A DNA stretch of 64,000 nucleotides from Ophelia neglecta (Eukaryota): NCBI GenBank assembly GCA_965285935.1, contig OZ260663.1, positions 69,874,001-69,938,000 of the forward strand, read 5' to 3'. The notes under the pieces were generated by a model, which was given only the letters and a program-made list of their open reading frames with translations, made no database searches and had not been told where the DNA came from. A program made the position numbers and the translations under genes. Shown here piece by piece: positions 1-19,170 of the stretch (positions within the stretch are counted from its first letter, which is position 1; every line of letters starts with the position of its first letter).

Positions 1-789
1 TTAATAGTTTGTGCGCACGTATATTATTACACTTTACCCCCTAAGAATGCTGGGATAAGAATAAATTTCATAGTTCAAAATCAACTACATCCATCTCCCG
101 GGGCTCAATTGATTCATTTGGCAACGAAAGCCCACATGGGACCCGTGGCCCTCTCCATGTATCCGAGGCGCGGCTCACTAGACAACGCTCCTCGCTGGGG
201 CGGGTTCCCTAATAGTAATAACAACGAAATGCATCCAGACCTAGTACGCGGGAAGTCTAACCTTACAGGCGAGCTCGCAAAAACCTTGAGAGGTGGGCGC
301 TGAGAGAGGATGGGTAATCCCCCTAGATTGCCCCAGGAATACGCACTGCATGGTGACCTTGCGACAATCGTCAACCAATAGCCCCTTCAATAGGTGCGAT
401 TATGTGGCAGTCTCGCCGCCACATAGGCTATCTGACCAGGCATGTGTAAAAAAATTGTTATAATTAATGGATATTCTGAAAAAAAAATCATATTTATTTA
501 GCAATAGGGGAAGGGATAATTATGGCGTTTGTGATACTACTTCAATGCACAAGGTGCCGTAACATGACGGGCATGATGTTAAAAAAAGATTTATTTTAGG
601 GAACCCCTCTAGCTGTAGGCCTATTTACATTACACCAATTAACTAGATCAACAGACTAGTTCGCTTTCGGAAATAATAATAATCATATATGCTATGCACT
701 ATGGTGTGCATTTAAATTTGTTTTTTAGCGCAATCTAGGCTAGACGCCCCTGTCGTTTGAATCCTCTATCCACCGATATCTAGTTGACA

Positions 790-972
790 TTTCGAGAGCG
801 CGATCTCTCGGACACGTTTTGACTTATTAGGCCTACCATATACTTCTGCTTCCGGCTGACCTTTGCCAACCCCGTACACAGAGCAAGCATACACTGAACT
901 AGATCTAGCAGACTGGCTAACATGCAGTAAAAGGGAATTTATTCGTTATAATTGTTAGTACAAGATTACCAA
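790..972 (+). promoter_or_regulatory. Probable promoter and non-coding first exon of the carboxylesterase
   Basis: CpG-rich patch with a CGAGAG-N6-CTCTCG palindrome (~793-810), ETS-type CTTCCGG at 849-855 and donor caa|GTAAGG at 973. An unexplained acceptor lies 3 nt before the ATG (3971), and CpG depletion starts just downstream. Inferred; no transcript data. Confidence 0.45.
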
Positions 973-2077
973 GTAAGGTGTCAGTATTATTTCGCTTTAT
1001 GGTATTCTGCTCTCGCATATCCTTCAGTGCGATGTGGTTGTCATTTGGTTGAAAATGAGCGATCCATATTTAATATAGCCTTATGTACACAGTGTAGAAA
1101 CGGATAAGCGTAATGTCCGATAAGCCCCTAAAATAGGTAACTACCCTTGGTCCAGGTTAGGAAACCTTAGTCTTTAAGAGTCACTGCTGTTGGTCATTTT
1201 CTCAACTGCTTGATGACATCTAAAACAAGGCATTAAGGTGGGAAATAAACTAATCAGAATATTAAAATTGGCATTTGGGGCCAATTTGAGGTCAAACCCT
1301 AGAAGTTTTAGACATTTCCTTCTTATATTTGATATAAGTTTAATTTTCGAAAGTGCAAACAAAGATTTAAATATTTCAAATGTTATGCATAATGAACTGT
1401 TCGACTTGTTTTATAGTATCAAAGAAAACAACATAAGTCCCCATGTCCCATAATCCAATTTGTTATCTCAAATGAACCATGCAACTGGCTTCATTTTTTT
1501 GTGTTTTAATTAAGAAATTAGGTAATTTTAGGCAGTAAATAAGTTTACATGTACAACTCTATATATTGAAAGCTAAAATAGGATCCCCATTTGCTTGATT
1601 TGTTTCATTACTGTTTATCAGATTTGATGATTGCAAAGTTCAGACATTTGGGAGGAACATGTCAGAAATTGATATTCCCCAATTTGACCCAAAGTTTGTA
1701 AACACCTAATGATGTTATTTTCTAAATCCATTTAATATCAATTATATAAAGTCTAATAATAAAATATTACAACCAAAAAGCAGTGAGCCCCTTTAAAGAG
1801 GGGTCTCATTTTTGTCTTAAGAGGAGGTCAGAAGTTTATGTTGTGTGCCAAAAGGTGAAACTTAGTATACCTGTAGTCCTAAAATATGACATTAGGTCAA
1901 TGATGTGGGTCTTATTATATGAAGAAGTTCTAAAGGCAGGTCTTAACCTCCAACTGGTTGAAAAGAGGCCATAAGTTTTCTAACATTTTGAAAAAATGGA
2001 ATTCTTAACATGTTTTCACACTCAAAAAAGGGGGGTACCTGAGTACATGTACTATATGCCCAACAAAGTGAATGCCC

Positions 2078-2440
2078 CCCGGGGGGGGGGGGGGGGCACT
2101 TACTTTATGTAGGTGTACGGGTATGTGCTGCCCAAATGACCCTTTTTTCCCTACATCTTCTCTCTCAATGTCCCCTTTTTTTCAACATTTTCTCTCTGGA
2201 TGACCGCTTGAAAGTTCTTTTTTCTCTCAAAATGACCCTTATTCCACGACCAAATTTATTTCTTCTCATAAAAGTATTGAGTTCATTATTTAACCTGGTT
2301 ATAAGGAGACTTGAATTTATCTCAAATTTCTCTCTCGATGACCCCTGTAAGTTAAATTTTACTCTCTTGTTGACCATGACCCCTTGACCTCGGGCTGCAC
2401 ACCCCTACCCAACTTGGTAGCCAAGTGCCCCCCCCCCGGG
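2078..2440. mobile_element. Non-autonomous DNA element (363 bp) with CCC-G16-CACTT / AAGTG-C10-GGG termini and 8-bp TSD
   Basis: Flanking direct repeat GAATGCCC at 2070-2077 and 2441-2448; inverted homopolymer termini; internal repeated ATGACCC motifs; no coding capacity. Confidence 0.85.
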
Positions 2441-3522
2441 GAATGCCCCCCTCCAGCCTCAGATTTTTGAAGAAAAGCTCCCCAATTTTGAGAGAAAAAA
2501 TTTTTAAAAAAACATATTCTCTCCTAAAAAAAGTACAAGCCTGATGCTGTGCAAGAAAAAAAATGGTACCAACAATCCGGGGTATGAGTTTAACATTTTC
2601 ATGTAAACTTTAATCTTAGAAACTATAAATGTGAAACTTGACATAACATTTGTAGGATCCAAAGCACTTAAATTAAGGTTATAAATTAATGGTTAGTTAT
2701 GTGATAGGAATGTATTTATTAATTATGCAATGATTTTCGTCTATCTTCTCATTTATGCACCATATTAGGAAAAATGTCTAGAAGTTGTCAAGGAATTATA
2801 ACATCATCTTGATTTCATCCTTGTCTGCTATGCAGGGAAAGGTGACAGAAGTGTATGATGTTTTAACTAATCAAATTTTATTTTAATCCATTTGGCTTTA
2901 AATGTCTTTTACTAGATCAATTGTGCAGTGGGAATTATTTGTATTTATTATGCAACATTGTACTAGTGACAAATGCCAAAGTACAATGAAAAATGCACAG
3001 CAAGGTGGCCTAAATTGGTGGCAATTAATAGGTTCTGAAGTGACTGTCAGTTATACAGGTACATGTAGTTAATGCTCATATATGAATGAAATTAAAACTG
3101 GATTTTTAATATATCCTACCCTGGCTAGATTTGCATAGTGGGCACTAGTCCTTTCTTTTATAAGATTGGAATATCTTGGAAAAGGTATGTACATATTGTA
3201 CTTTTGGCCTTAACCTGCTAGACATTTATAGGTCAGTATTGATATCTATTAATCATCCTGGCTTGAACGTTCAACCAGTTCAAGATTATGAAACATGCAA
3301 GGCCAATATGATCTTCAATTCAGTATATGAACTTACCTATGAGACTTGTTGTGTTTGATTGATAACAACCTGACCTGTGGAGCCACCACTCATCTGCTTT
3401 CCCATATCACACCAAGATACTGGGATATATAGTTGTGTTTCTTGTTGGTGACTTGCACCTATTCAACTCAATCATTCAGATAAGGATGTTTAGAAATTCC
3501 CTCTTAAGACTTACAGATAATG

Positions 3523-3726
3523 CAGGGAAAGAAATCAGAAAAAAATTCTTTTGTTACTTTTAAAATCAGCAGGCGCAGTTGAAATTCACCAGGCCCTGAA
3601 ATTTGGCATAAAATGTGCTGTCAAAATATAGACTGGCCCTCTGTGTCTGGAGGTTAAAATTCAAATAGGCCCGCCGTCTAAGCATTAGGCCATGGGCCTA
3701 TGGTTTCATGCTTATTTCTTTCCCTG
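3523..3726. mobile_element. MITE (204 bp), P-element-like: 16-bp TIR, 7-bp TSD
   Basis: TIR CAGGGAAAGAAATCAG / CTTATTTCTTTCCCTG (1 mismatch); exact flanking repeat GATAATG at 3516-3522 and 3727-3733. Confidence 0.85.
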
Positions 3727-3974
3727 GATAATGTAATCTTCTGGTCATTGGTCAGCATAGTGCTGTTGGCCGATTTATTAGAACATAACATTTTAATACC
3801 TGCCACTACTGTTTGAAGAATTGTTAATAAATATGCAACATGTTCAGAATCTTGCATAATTCTTGCATATTTCTTGCTTAATTATGCCTGAAATTTCTGT
3901 ACAGGTGAACACGCACCCTAACAATAACATTTTTGATAATTTTATTATGTCTTCTTTTTATTCTGTTCCAGACA

Positions 3975-10677
<6,703 letters not shown>

Positions 10678-11762
10678 AATATATTTTGAGATTACTATGA
10701 TAGTTGGGGCAAAATGTGATGTAAATAGCTAGTCATTTTTAGTGTACAGGTCTGTGTTACATGTATAACTGAGCTGTAGTTTAATAACATGTCTCTGATA
10801 CTGATGACTTTTATGATTAGAAAAGGTACTTTCTGTTTTTAAAAGTAAATACTAATGTTTTTCTCCATAAAAATATTCACAAATTGTTCACAAATCACCT
10901 TAAACATTATTGTTTTAGCCATTTTAATTGCTAATTGGAAGCTTCTGTATTTTTATTTGACCTTCATTTACTATACATTAAGATATAAATAATGTTGCAT
11001 CTTATTGCAAATATGAAGGATGTATATTTTGAAAGGAATTAAGTTACAAGATGCTTGTTTATTAATTACATTAAGAAACAGCTTTCTCTGCCCATTTCTC
11101 CGATTTCTCTAGAGCAGTCAGGGTAAGACAGCATTTACAATGAGTAGTGTATATTAAGTTCCTTTTACCCTCCCACCCCCCTTCCCCTATCCCTTTATGA
11201 AGGTATACATTGAGGGAAGTTATATATTTAGGGGATATCACTTTAAGAAGCTTTGATGTCCAAATTAACAAATATTGCCAGCAAGACCCTGCCTGGTAGA
11301 CCAAATACATTCCCACAGCCTTAATATTTAAGACTGTTTGTTGTGTCATATTAGTCTCCTCTAGGAGTAAGGTGCTCTAGCGAATCATAAAGCAAAAATA
11401 AAAATATGACATAGTTATATGCATATTAAAACCTATATAAAACATTAACATATATATATATATTATATAGAACTGTTTCTTTTTGCTATATACCACCAAT
11501 TAACCTGGTGATGACCTTATTTGACCTTATTTTTGTCATTCATCTTCTGTAACCAAACCAGATTATGGTCCTGAACATGAGTTAGACACCCTACTTTATA
11601 AGGCAAAATGTAAACTGATGTAATTTAAACTTTATGTGCTGATTATACATTGGAATATATATACATACATATACTGTATATATATATTGAGTGTATTTTA
11701 ATATATGCTGCAGAATCATCCTCGATCATGAATTTCACCTTCATTGTTTTATAGAAAATGAA

Positions 11763-11768
11763 AATAAA
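11763..11768 (+). terminator. Candidate polyadenylation signal of the carboxylesterase
   Basis: AATAAA followed by a GT/T-rich tract. Alternatives at 11397 and 11861 cannot be excluded. Confidence 0.3.
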
Positions 11769-14700
11769 CAGGTCTGCTAACTCGAAATTATATTTGCTAG
11801 TGTTGTCAGGACATACAATTCTTTTGTTGGTTTAAAACATTGCCTCACTTTGATTTAGAAAATAAACAATATAATTAAAATGGAAAACAAGTCAATTTTT
11901 TATTCTGTGTTCAATGTCATCAGCAAGTAGTATACTTGTCTTACAATGAAGTCTTGCTACAGCAACAAGGAATGGGTAGGGTCAGGGAAGTTCAAATATC
12001 TGTCGCAAGACTGGTTTTTTATATGTTGTGCCATTAGTGTATTAGCAGGAGTACAAGAAATACAACAATTAAAGATTAATCAATTTAGAGTTAGTGAACC
12101 ATCATCATGTCAAAAGATCATTTTTGTGTCATACTTCTTTCATATTTTACTATACAACTATTAAAAATATGTTGTTAAACAACATGTTTAATTTTTCTTC
12201 CTCTGTAATGATTTTATAATGTCGCTGCCCATCTTTACTGTAGATAAGCCATTTGATCTTAACTGTCTTTATTATAAGGTCCAGGTATATAAGGTTTGTA
12301 CATTGGCCAAATCATTGTGATATGTGCTGTGTGCTGTCAACTCAATCTGCCAGTGATCTTTGTCTTTGAACCCAATGGTCCTGTAGGGGCTTCAAGTTAA
12401 TGAAAAGTTGAAAAAAGTTGGGTTCATCAACTTCTATGACTCTTGGCAACTTTTGCTTTCAAAAAGACAGTCTATGTGATTGGGATGTTTTTTTATTTAA
12501 TAATCTTGCTTGGAATGATTTCATAATCCAATATGAAGCAAAATGAACTAACAATTTTTTTGGCCTTGATTTATCAGAATATAATTTTTCTGCTAAGAGG
12601 AGTGACAAAAAATTGGCTTCAAGTTAAAAATGGAGCAAACCATTCATTGCATGATGAATGCTCTCGGTAACCTATAGCTTTAACACAGGTAACCAAGCAT
12701 CAATAAGTAGGCCATGTGCTCCAACATTAAAAAAGGTATGCCTTTAAGTCTTAAGCTACAAGGTACTTAGTAGTTGCTTTAAAAAAGTAGTTGCTTTAAT
12801 AAATATTAACAGCAAGGGGGGTCCAAAAAAAGGGGAGACACATCTTTAGGGTATTTTAGGGGAGGGGGGGGGGGGATGCTAATTATTTGTGGGATAGGTA
12901 TATCTACGTCTATGGCAATGTGTTTAGTTTGATAAAATCACCCAATATAATAAAACGAGCGAAAACATTAACACGCGATAGCATAGAATGACGCAACACG
13001 GTGGCTGTAGTCAAAACAAGGGCTTTATAACAGAGAGAGGCTGCTGGATGTTTAAATGATAAAATCATTGCTTGTTTTGATTAATATAATTATATATACA
13101 GAATGTGTCTTCCCCTTGTCAATTGGGACATTTTGGAACAACCGTGCTAAATTTATTTGCAAATGAACAACTCGACTGGGAATAGAAGTGGCCGAATTTC
13201 CGCCCTCATCGACAGAAATTGGAAGCGTCTAGTTTTATAAACAAAATGCTCGACGTTTAGATAAATAAAACCTTAGTATAATGTTTATTTTAGCAGCAAT
13301 TGCCAAGCACTTTATTGAGAACCTATGGGAGGCCACGTTTTTTGCATGTTTTCGAACTATCATAATTGACCTTGTCAGGCACATTCACGGGGTATACATG
13401 GGTTCACTGAAATATGGGATCCTCCGTGCATTGCCGGATAAGATTTTACTCTCCTCGCAACATCGGGCTTTGAACAGCCGACGTGGGTTTTTAGATATTT
13501 TTTCTATTAACAGGCCTAATGCATCGCGGTCTTATTCGCGTCGGTGTTTACCCATGCAGGAGTATGCACTATTTATGATTTGACAGTCCTGAGTGCACTG
13601 TCCGACAAATATTTTTCCTATTTCTTTCAATGCATGTTTGCATGGGGTTGCGTTTGTTAACCCTGTTTTTATAAAAAAAATTATAATCTACTGCTGCGTC
13701 CCCAAGTTAGGTTGTTACCTCAGCTAATTTGTATCGTCATGACACGTGCATCATACTTTATGTGAGATCAGTATGTTTTGCTATTTAAAACTAAATTACA
13801 TGTAAGTAATAGGCTAAAAGGTGGCTCCTGGTCTATATATAAACACACAATAGAGCAGCGTGAAAAATTATTTGTGCCTGGTGTTATAATAATTATTGAT
13901 TTATCCTGTATTATATAATATTTAAAGTAAAGATATAGGCTATGCCTTTTATATATATTCACAACGATAGGGCTTAAACTGATTACGGTGACGTGCACGA
14001 GCATTCTCCCTTCGGCAGATGATGGTGATCGGCGATGTTTCCCATATAATTTTTGCGCTGCAATTGTAAAACCAGGGTTGTTTCCGATATCGTTGAATAT
14101 TCTTTTGATTGCATGTAATTTTTGGAACAATGTAAATATTTAATCAGAGTTTTGTAACCAAAGGTTTCCGAGTTTTTGACCTTGTAAATAAACAAAGACT
14201 TTGACCTTGAATATACGGAATATATAACCAACGAAGAGCACAAGGTTGGTTTCATTACATTACGTGCCAGAACTTTCATTTGACTGAAACTTCAGGAACA
14301 TTATGACTTTTATCTGGATCTAAATTCATATATAATACGTAGAGTTGCACATATATAAGATGATCTGTTTGGTGCCAACAATTTTCATCAGGAATATATG
14401 CCTGGTATAGCATATTGCCTCATGGGTATTACTAAAAACTCATTTAGGGTAATATTGAATGTACTACTGCATCACCTTAATTAAATAACTTTAAACTGAT
14501 ATAATTTTAAGATATCTAAAAATAGTCAACGTTTTACTGTGGAGAGAACCAAACTATACACAACGAGCCAGCGCGGCGTTCACATGAAAAAATCCCATGA
14601 GTCAACGATCGCCAATGTTCTCTTGTAATGTTTACAAGTTTACCGTTAACAGACGAATTTGTTTCCCTAAAAGATGGTGTGGAATTTTTGGTACTTTATA

Positions 14701-15425
14701 TTGATTTCAGCCAGCTCGTAGTCACCGAGGTCTTCTTCTGATGCCTAAATTCCATTTATCTCAGTTTACCTAATGGACACCGTGCTGTCTTAAAAGGCCA
14801 TGATTTTCTGCCCAAACGCCGTCTCCAAGGTCACGAGTTTCCGTCGGAAAAAGGGTAAATTAGTAAGTATATATGCAGATCTGAGGCCGCGTTAATAAGG
14901 ATTTAGTTTCCTTCCAATAGGGCCTATATATAGGACTAAATCCGAATTTCAAGCGTAAGATAAACATCCACACTGCAAGTTTATATTTTTACCTTCTAGG
15001 GCGATATAAAGCGAGGAAATTAAATATTTCGGCGGACAACTTGAATTATTTTTTCAAGTTTTTTCAGTTTATCCGAAAATAGAATATTCGGGTGGCCAGT
15101 AATTTGGAGGGCAAAGGGAAGGGGGCAAGCTCAAACGAACTCTGGGAAAGGAATGGAGGGGTGTATGGTGGATGTGGGGGTGGGTTGGTTGGCTCTTTGT
15201 CTTTAGCTAGGCTATGTGCATGGCTTTATTTCCGAACAAGGATATACGCCTACCATAAATCCTCCTGAAACGTAGACCAGGGATCTTACAAAATACCCAC
15301 CACAATCACGGACTTGTCGTCTGGCTAGTTTAAAAGCTGTCTGAATTAGGTCTGATTTGTATCTCCTCAGCCAACCAATGACATCGAAAAGTGGACAATG
15401 AACAAGCCCACCTAATAGGAGTCAA

Positions 15426-16388
15426 GGGCACCCAAAGATCCTTATAGGAACAGGTCATCATATAAACTTCTAGGCTGGCTGCCATAAGATCATTTCCTAG
15501 ATGCCACTATATTTCCTAAATGCACGTATTCATATGGACTTCTATGCGGTGCATATATACCCTAGTAATGATCTAATGTATCTGTATAATTTGCTGTGTA
15601 CGCTGGCCGTGGACAGTGAAATATGCTGTTGGCTGTTCTTAGATCTGCCAGCTAGCAGGCAAAAAAGGGTGGTGACAAGGGTTGCATTGCCTATTGACAA
15701 CATGGGGTTTTCGGCACATAACTATACATTGCCTCGACACCGGTGAAAAGACATTAAAGTTTCATTTTTAACACAAAGTGCCTGAAAGGGTAAGATGTGT
15801 GCAATTTCAGTCATGAGGGGAAATTGGGCCAGGTCGTAGGCTTCTCTCGGTCGTTCTTTTGTCTCTTGTATGAAATAACTGAAATCACATCTAGAATAAA
15901 TATGTGGGATATATTTCTCCCTTGTTCCGACTTAACCAAATGAATGGTCCCGCTTTATGTCATTGTTTTACCTGTGCAGATTCTTCATTCTTTGGTTCCC
16001 AACGACTAAAATTTTAAATATTAGCCAAAAGCATTAGTAAAGTAAAATTTCTCTTTTTTTGTTATTTTTTCTTCGAAATAAGCTTTTATAAAAACAAATA
16101 ACTGTTCTTATTTGCCAGCCAGCTGGCAGATCTAAGAGCAGTCAGCAGTACATTTTGCTGCTCCCGAGCAGCACATACAGTAGGGCCTACATTATCTAGT
16201 TACAGTGGGTCAGTCATGGGTGTGCATCACCTATATACATGTATGTCCATTTAGCGGTCTAAAGTATTTCATCTAATGGCAGCCAGCCAAGAAGTTAATA
16301 TGCTGATCTGTCCTTATGAGGACATTTTGTCCGTCAGCTGGAAGTGGCACCAGACCAGATATTCATCAGAACAGATCGTTGGGGACCC
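15426..16388. mobile_element. Old fold-back MITE with long diverged TIRs (PIF/Harbinger-like GGG..CCC ends)
   Basis: 15426-15663 is an inverted, diverged copy of 16111-16388. Examples: ttcttagatctgccagctagcaggcaaa vs tttgccagccagctggcagatctaagag; termini GGGCACCCAAAGATC / GATCGTTGGGGACCC. Flanks are CAA/CAG. Confidence 0.7.
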
Positions 16389-19120
16389 CAGTATCATTGC
16401 TCTAATATGAACCCCGCCAGCGATTTATTCGAGCTGTGCGCATCTGAACGGCGCGGAACATGTTTTTAATGTCAGTGTGTTGCATTAATAGCAATATACC
16501 TGCCTGTGTTCGAAATATAATGTCACAAACAAAATTATGTATAATGTGTTGAACAAATTGATGTAAAGGATTATTTTCGGAATAACAACCTAAAATGGTG
16601 GCCGAAGTTCGGGGTAACATTTGTAACTGTTCATACGATTTAGTTATGAGAAAGTGCATGGGCATAATAAAAACAAAGGAAAATGCAAGTCGCGCCATAT
16701 AGTTAGACTAATGAAGGAATTACGATGTAAAGGGCCTACCAAAATTGAACTTTTTAACCCAAAATATAGTGGCATTATTATTATGTAAGCTAGTTTTTTC
16801 CCATATAACTTGTTATCTGAAGGAAGGATTTATTTTTGAGAAGTTAGTTTTTTTTATTTATCAAGATATTTCTAGGTATAGAATATAAATCAAAAGAGAA
16901 GAGTGTCGGCACCTCTAAGCACGGGCCAGTAAAACAAAAACAAAAAACACCTTTTCCGCATAAGGAAGTGGCTGTCGATTTTCATTTTTAGCGCAGCTCA
17001 ATATTAGGTCTCGGCACAGCAAACTGTCTCATCATAGAGGTACCCCTCTTTTATAACTCAACCGTTCGTCACTATGATTGCTGCACAATGCTGGTCATTC
17101 TTCTTAATAGTGTCCACTTACCATTTATTAGGTAAACTGGAAAAACCATATGCTATATAACTATAGCTGATATATAATTGATATAATTGAGTTGCAAGGA
17201 GCTCGAGGCTCTGGTCTTCCTAATTGTTGGGAGGCGTTGTGGGGGGGGGGGGGGTTATTGAACTCGAAGCAAAATCGGTATTGTGCCTATTTAAGAAGGA
17301 GGCCTCCTAGTTCTGTGTGACTCCTGTGTCTTTTTGATTAGACCTGAGATATATTGTGGACTGCTCTTTGTACTGAGCTTCGAGCCAGCAAACTTCCATT
17401 AACGGAGTCTCTGTTACATGCAAATTCTATACAAGCATTTCAAAGTCGATGCTATTCATTCTTGATATTAACTGAGTTTCTAACATGCAGTAATGACCTG
17501 TACAAGATGTAGTGTCAGATGTGACTTGATTCAAACGCGATAGATCACTTTGTTTCAATATGGCCACAAGCCAAGGGACCGATTTATTACGAATGCCACC
17601 CTTTGTTTTCTGAATAGGAGCAAGCGGGAGATCAAGAATGAAATGGCACCGAATTAATTTTAATCGCCAAAGCCATTATTTAGCGATTAAATTGACTCTT
17701 AATATAGAGTGTCGCCGCTGCAAGCAGGGATTCTTTGGGTTTTATGTGCTCAGATCAATGGGTACCTCATTATACTGTTATACGGCGGGTATAGCAGGTT
17801 GACGTCTATACGCAGATAGCCGCATGTGCTTGTGACAGGGATTTCAATTAAGGGACTCTCGATGTCAATCTCCCCCACGCCCCCCTTCAGTCCGAATAAT
17901 CGCAACATTACCATCCACCAGTAAATTAGTGGTTAACAAGGCGAACTAGTCGAGTGCAGACGTGCTCAAGGATATTTAGCAAAGAAGTGCTTCTTGTAGC
18001 CAGAAGTATTGATTTCAATGATTTTAGGTGCCGAAGACAGTGCAACTCGGGACTGAGCGATAAATTAAGTTTGAGATGTGCTAGGTCAAGCTAAGATAAC
18101 CCAGTCACAATCTAGTTGACCTAAGAAGATCCCATAAAACCTCAAAAGGAGGCATTAGTTTTGTGATAAATGCCAGAGCATAGGGTTGTTTTGGGCAGCC
18201 TAAAGTTGGAGGCTAGCGTCTACTGGCTAAAGTTGTTTCCGATGTGAGGGTAGATTGCTTCTATTGAAGTAATCATCTTGGAAAACAAGATTGTGGCTCT
18301 GGCGTTATTACATCGATCATTTAAGTTAGTAAAAAAAACCGCCAGGGTGTCACCCTTTATTTACGTGTAGACCTTTATGCAATAAATAACGGGGGTGGAG
18401 TGAGGGGCGTTTTTTCTCCAAAAAAGGGAGGTCTACGACATGCTGGCAAAAGAATCATTTCTTCCATCCCCCCCCCCCGCCTACCTTCCATATTTTCTAT
18501 TTGGGACATAGAATATTGGATTTATATTATGACTAGCCTAGTGTATAAATGTTGCCTGGTCTACCAGACAATTGTTCAGAACACCACCCCCGAGGGCTGG
18601 GCGGTGATCTGAATGCGTTATATTTATATATATATATATATATCAAGGGGTTGGGAATGCTGATCTGTTTTTGTCATTGTTTAAGCAAAGGGTACAGGAC
18701 AGTGCTTTTCAGGTAATAAAGTGTGATAAATTTCAGTACATGAGACAAAAGTATAATATATCAAAAGGTATTATTATAACAAGTATGGCAAAATTTATAA
18801 AAAAAAAAAACAATAGCCCACAAGTAGTTAATAATCTGGCTTTGTGCATCCGAAAGGGTCTTCTAAGACATAATGAACTTATAAACGTTTGAAATGTATT
18901 GCCTTTTTCCTGTGATATTTCGATGTTATAAACATTGTGCATGTGATTTCTTCTGTGATGTTGATTTACAAGGTGCATGCTTCTCCCGAACATAAAATAA
19001 TATAACTCGGTGATTCTTTTTCACAGAGAACTATTTATTGTACTATTTACTGTTCTATATAGGCCTATAGCACAACTACAATGTTCTAAACAATAGGTTG
19101 AATAAATAATACTATATAAA

Positions 19121-19170
19121 TTCCAAGGTAATATATCAGTTCCAAGGTAATATATCAGTTCCAAGGTAAT
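19121..19170. repeat. 19-bp tandem repeat x2.6 (TTCCAAGGTAATATATCAG)
   Basis: Exact copies start at 19121, 19140 and 19159 (partial). Confidence 0.9.

Noticed and set aside
140-240. Intact HDV-like ribozyme
   Set aside because: P1 and L3 fit, but P3 has a mismatch, the P1.1 GG is absent and no P2 pairing exists. Kept only as a lead.
240-350. Group I intron or RNase P/MRP core (gcgggaagtct, gggtaatcc)
   Set aside because: Only short motif echoes; no R/S elements or CR-V partner at the proper spacing.
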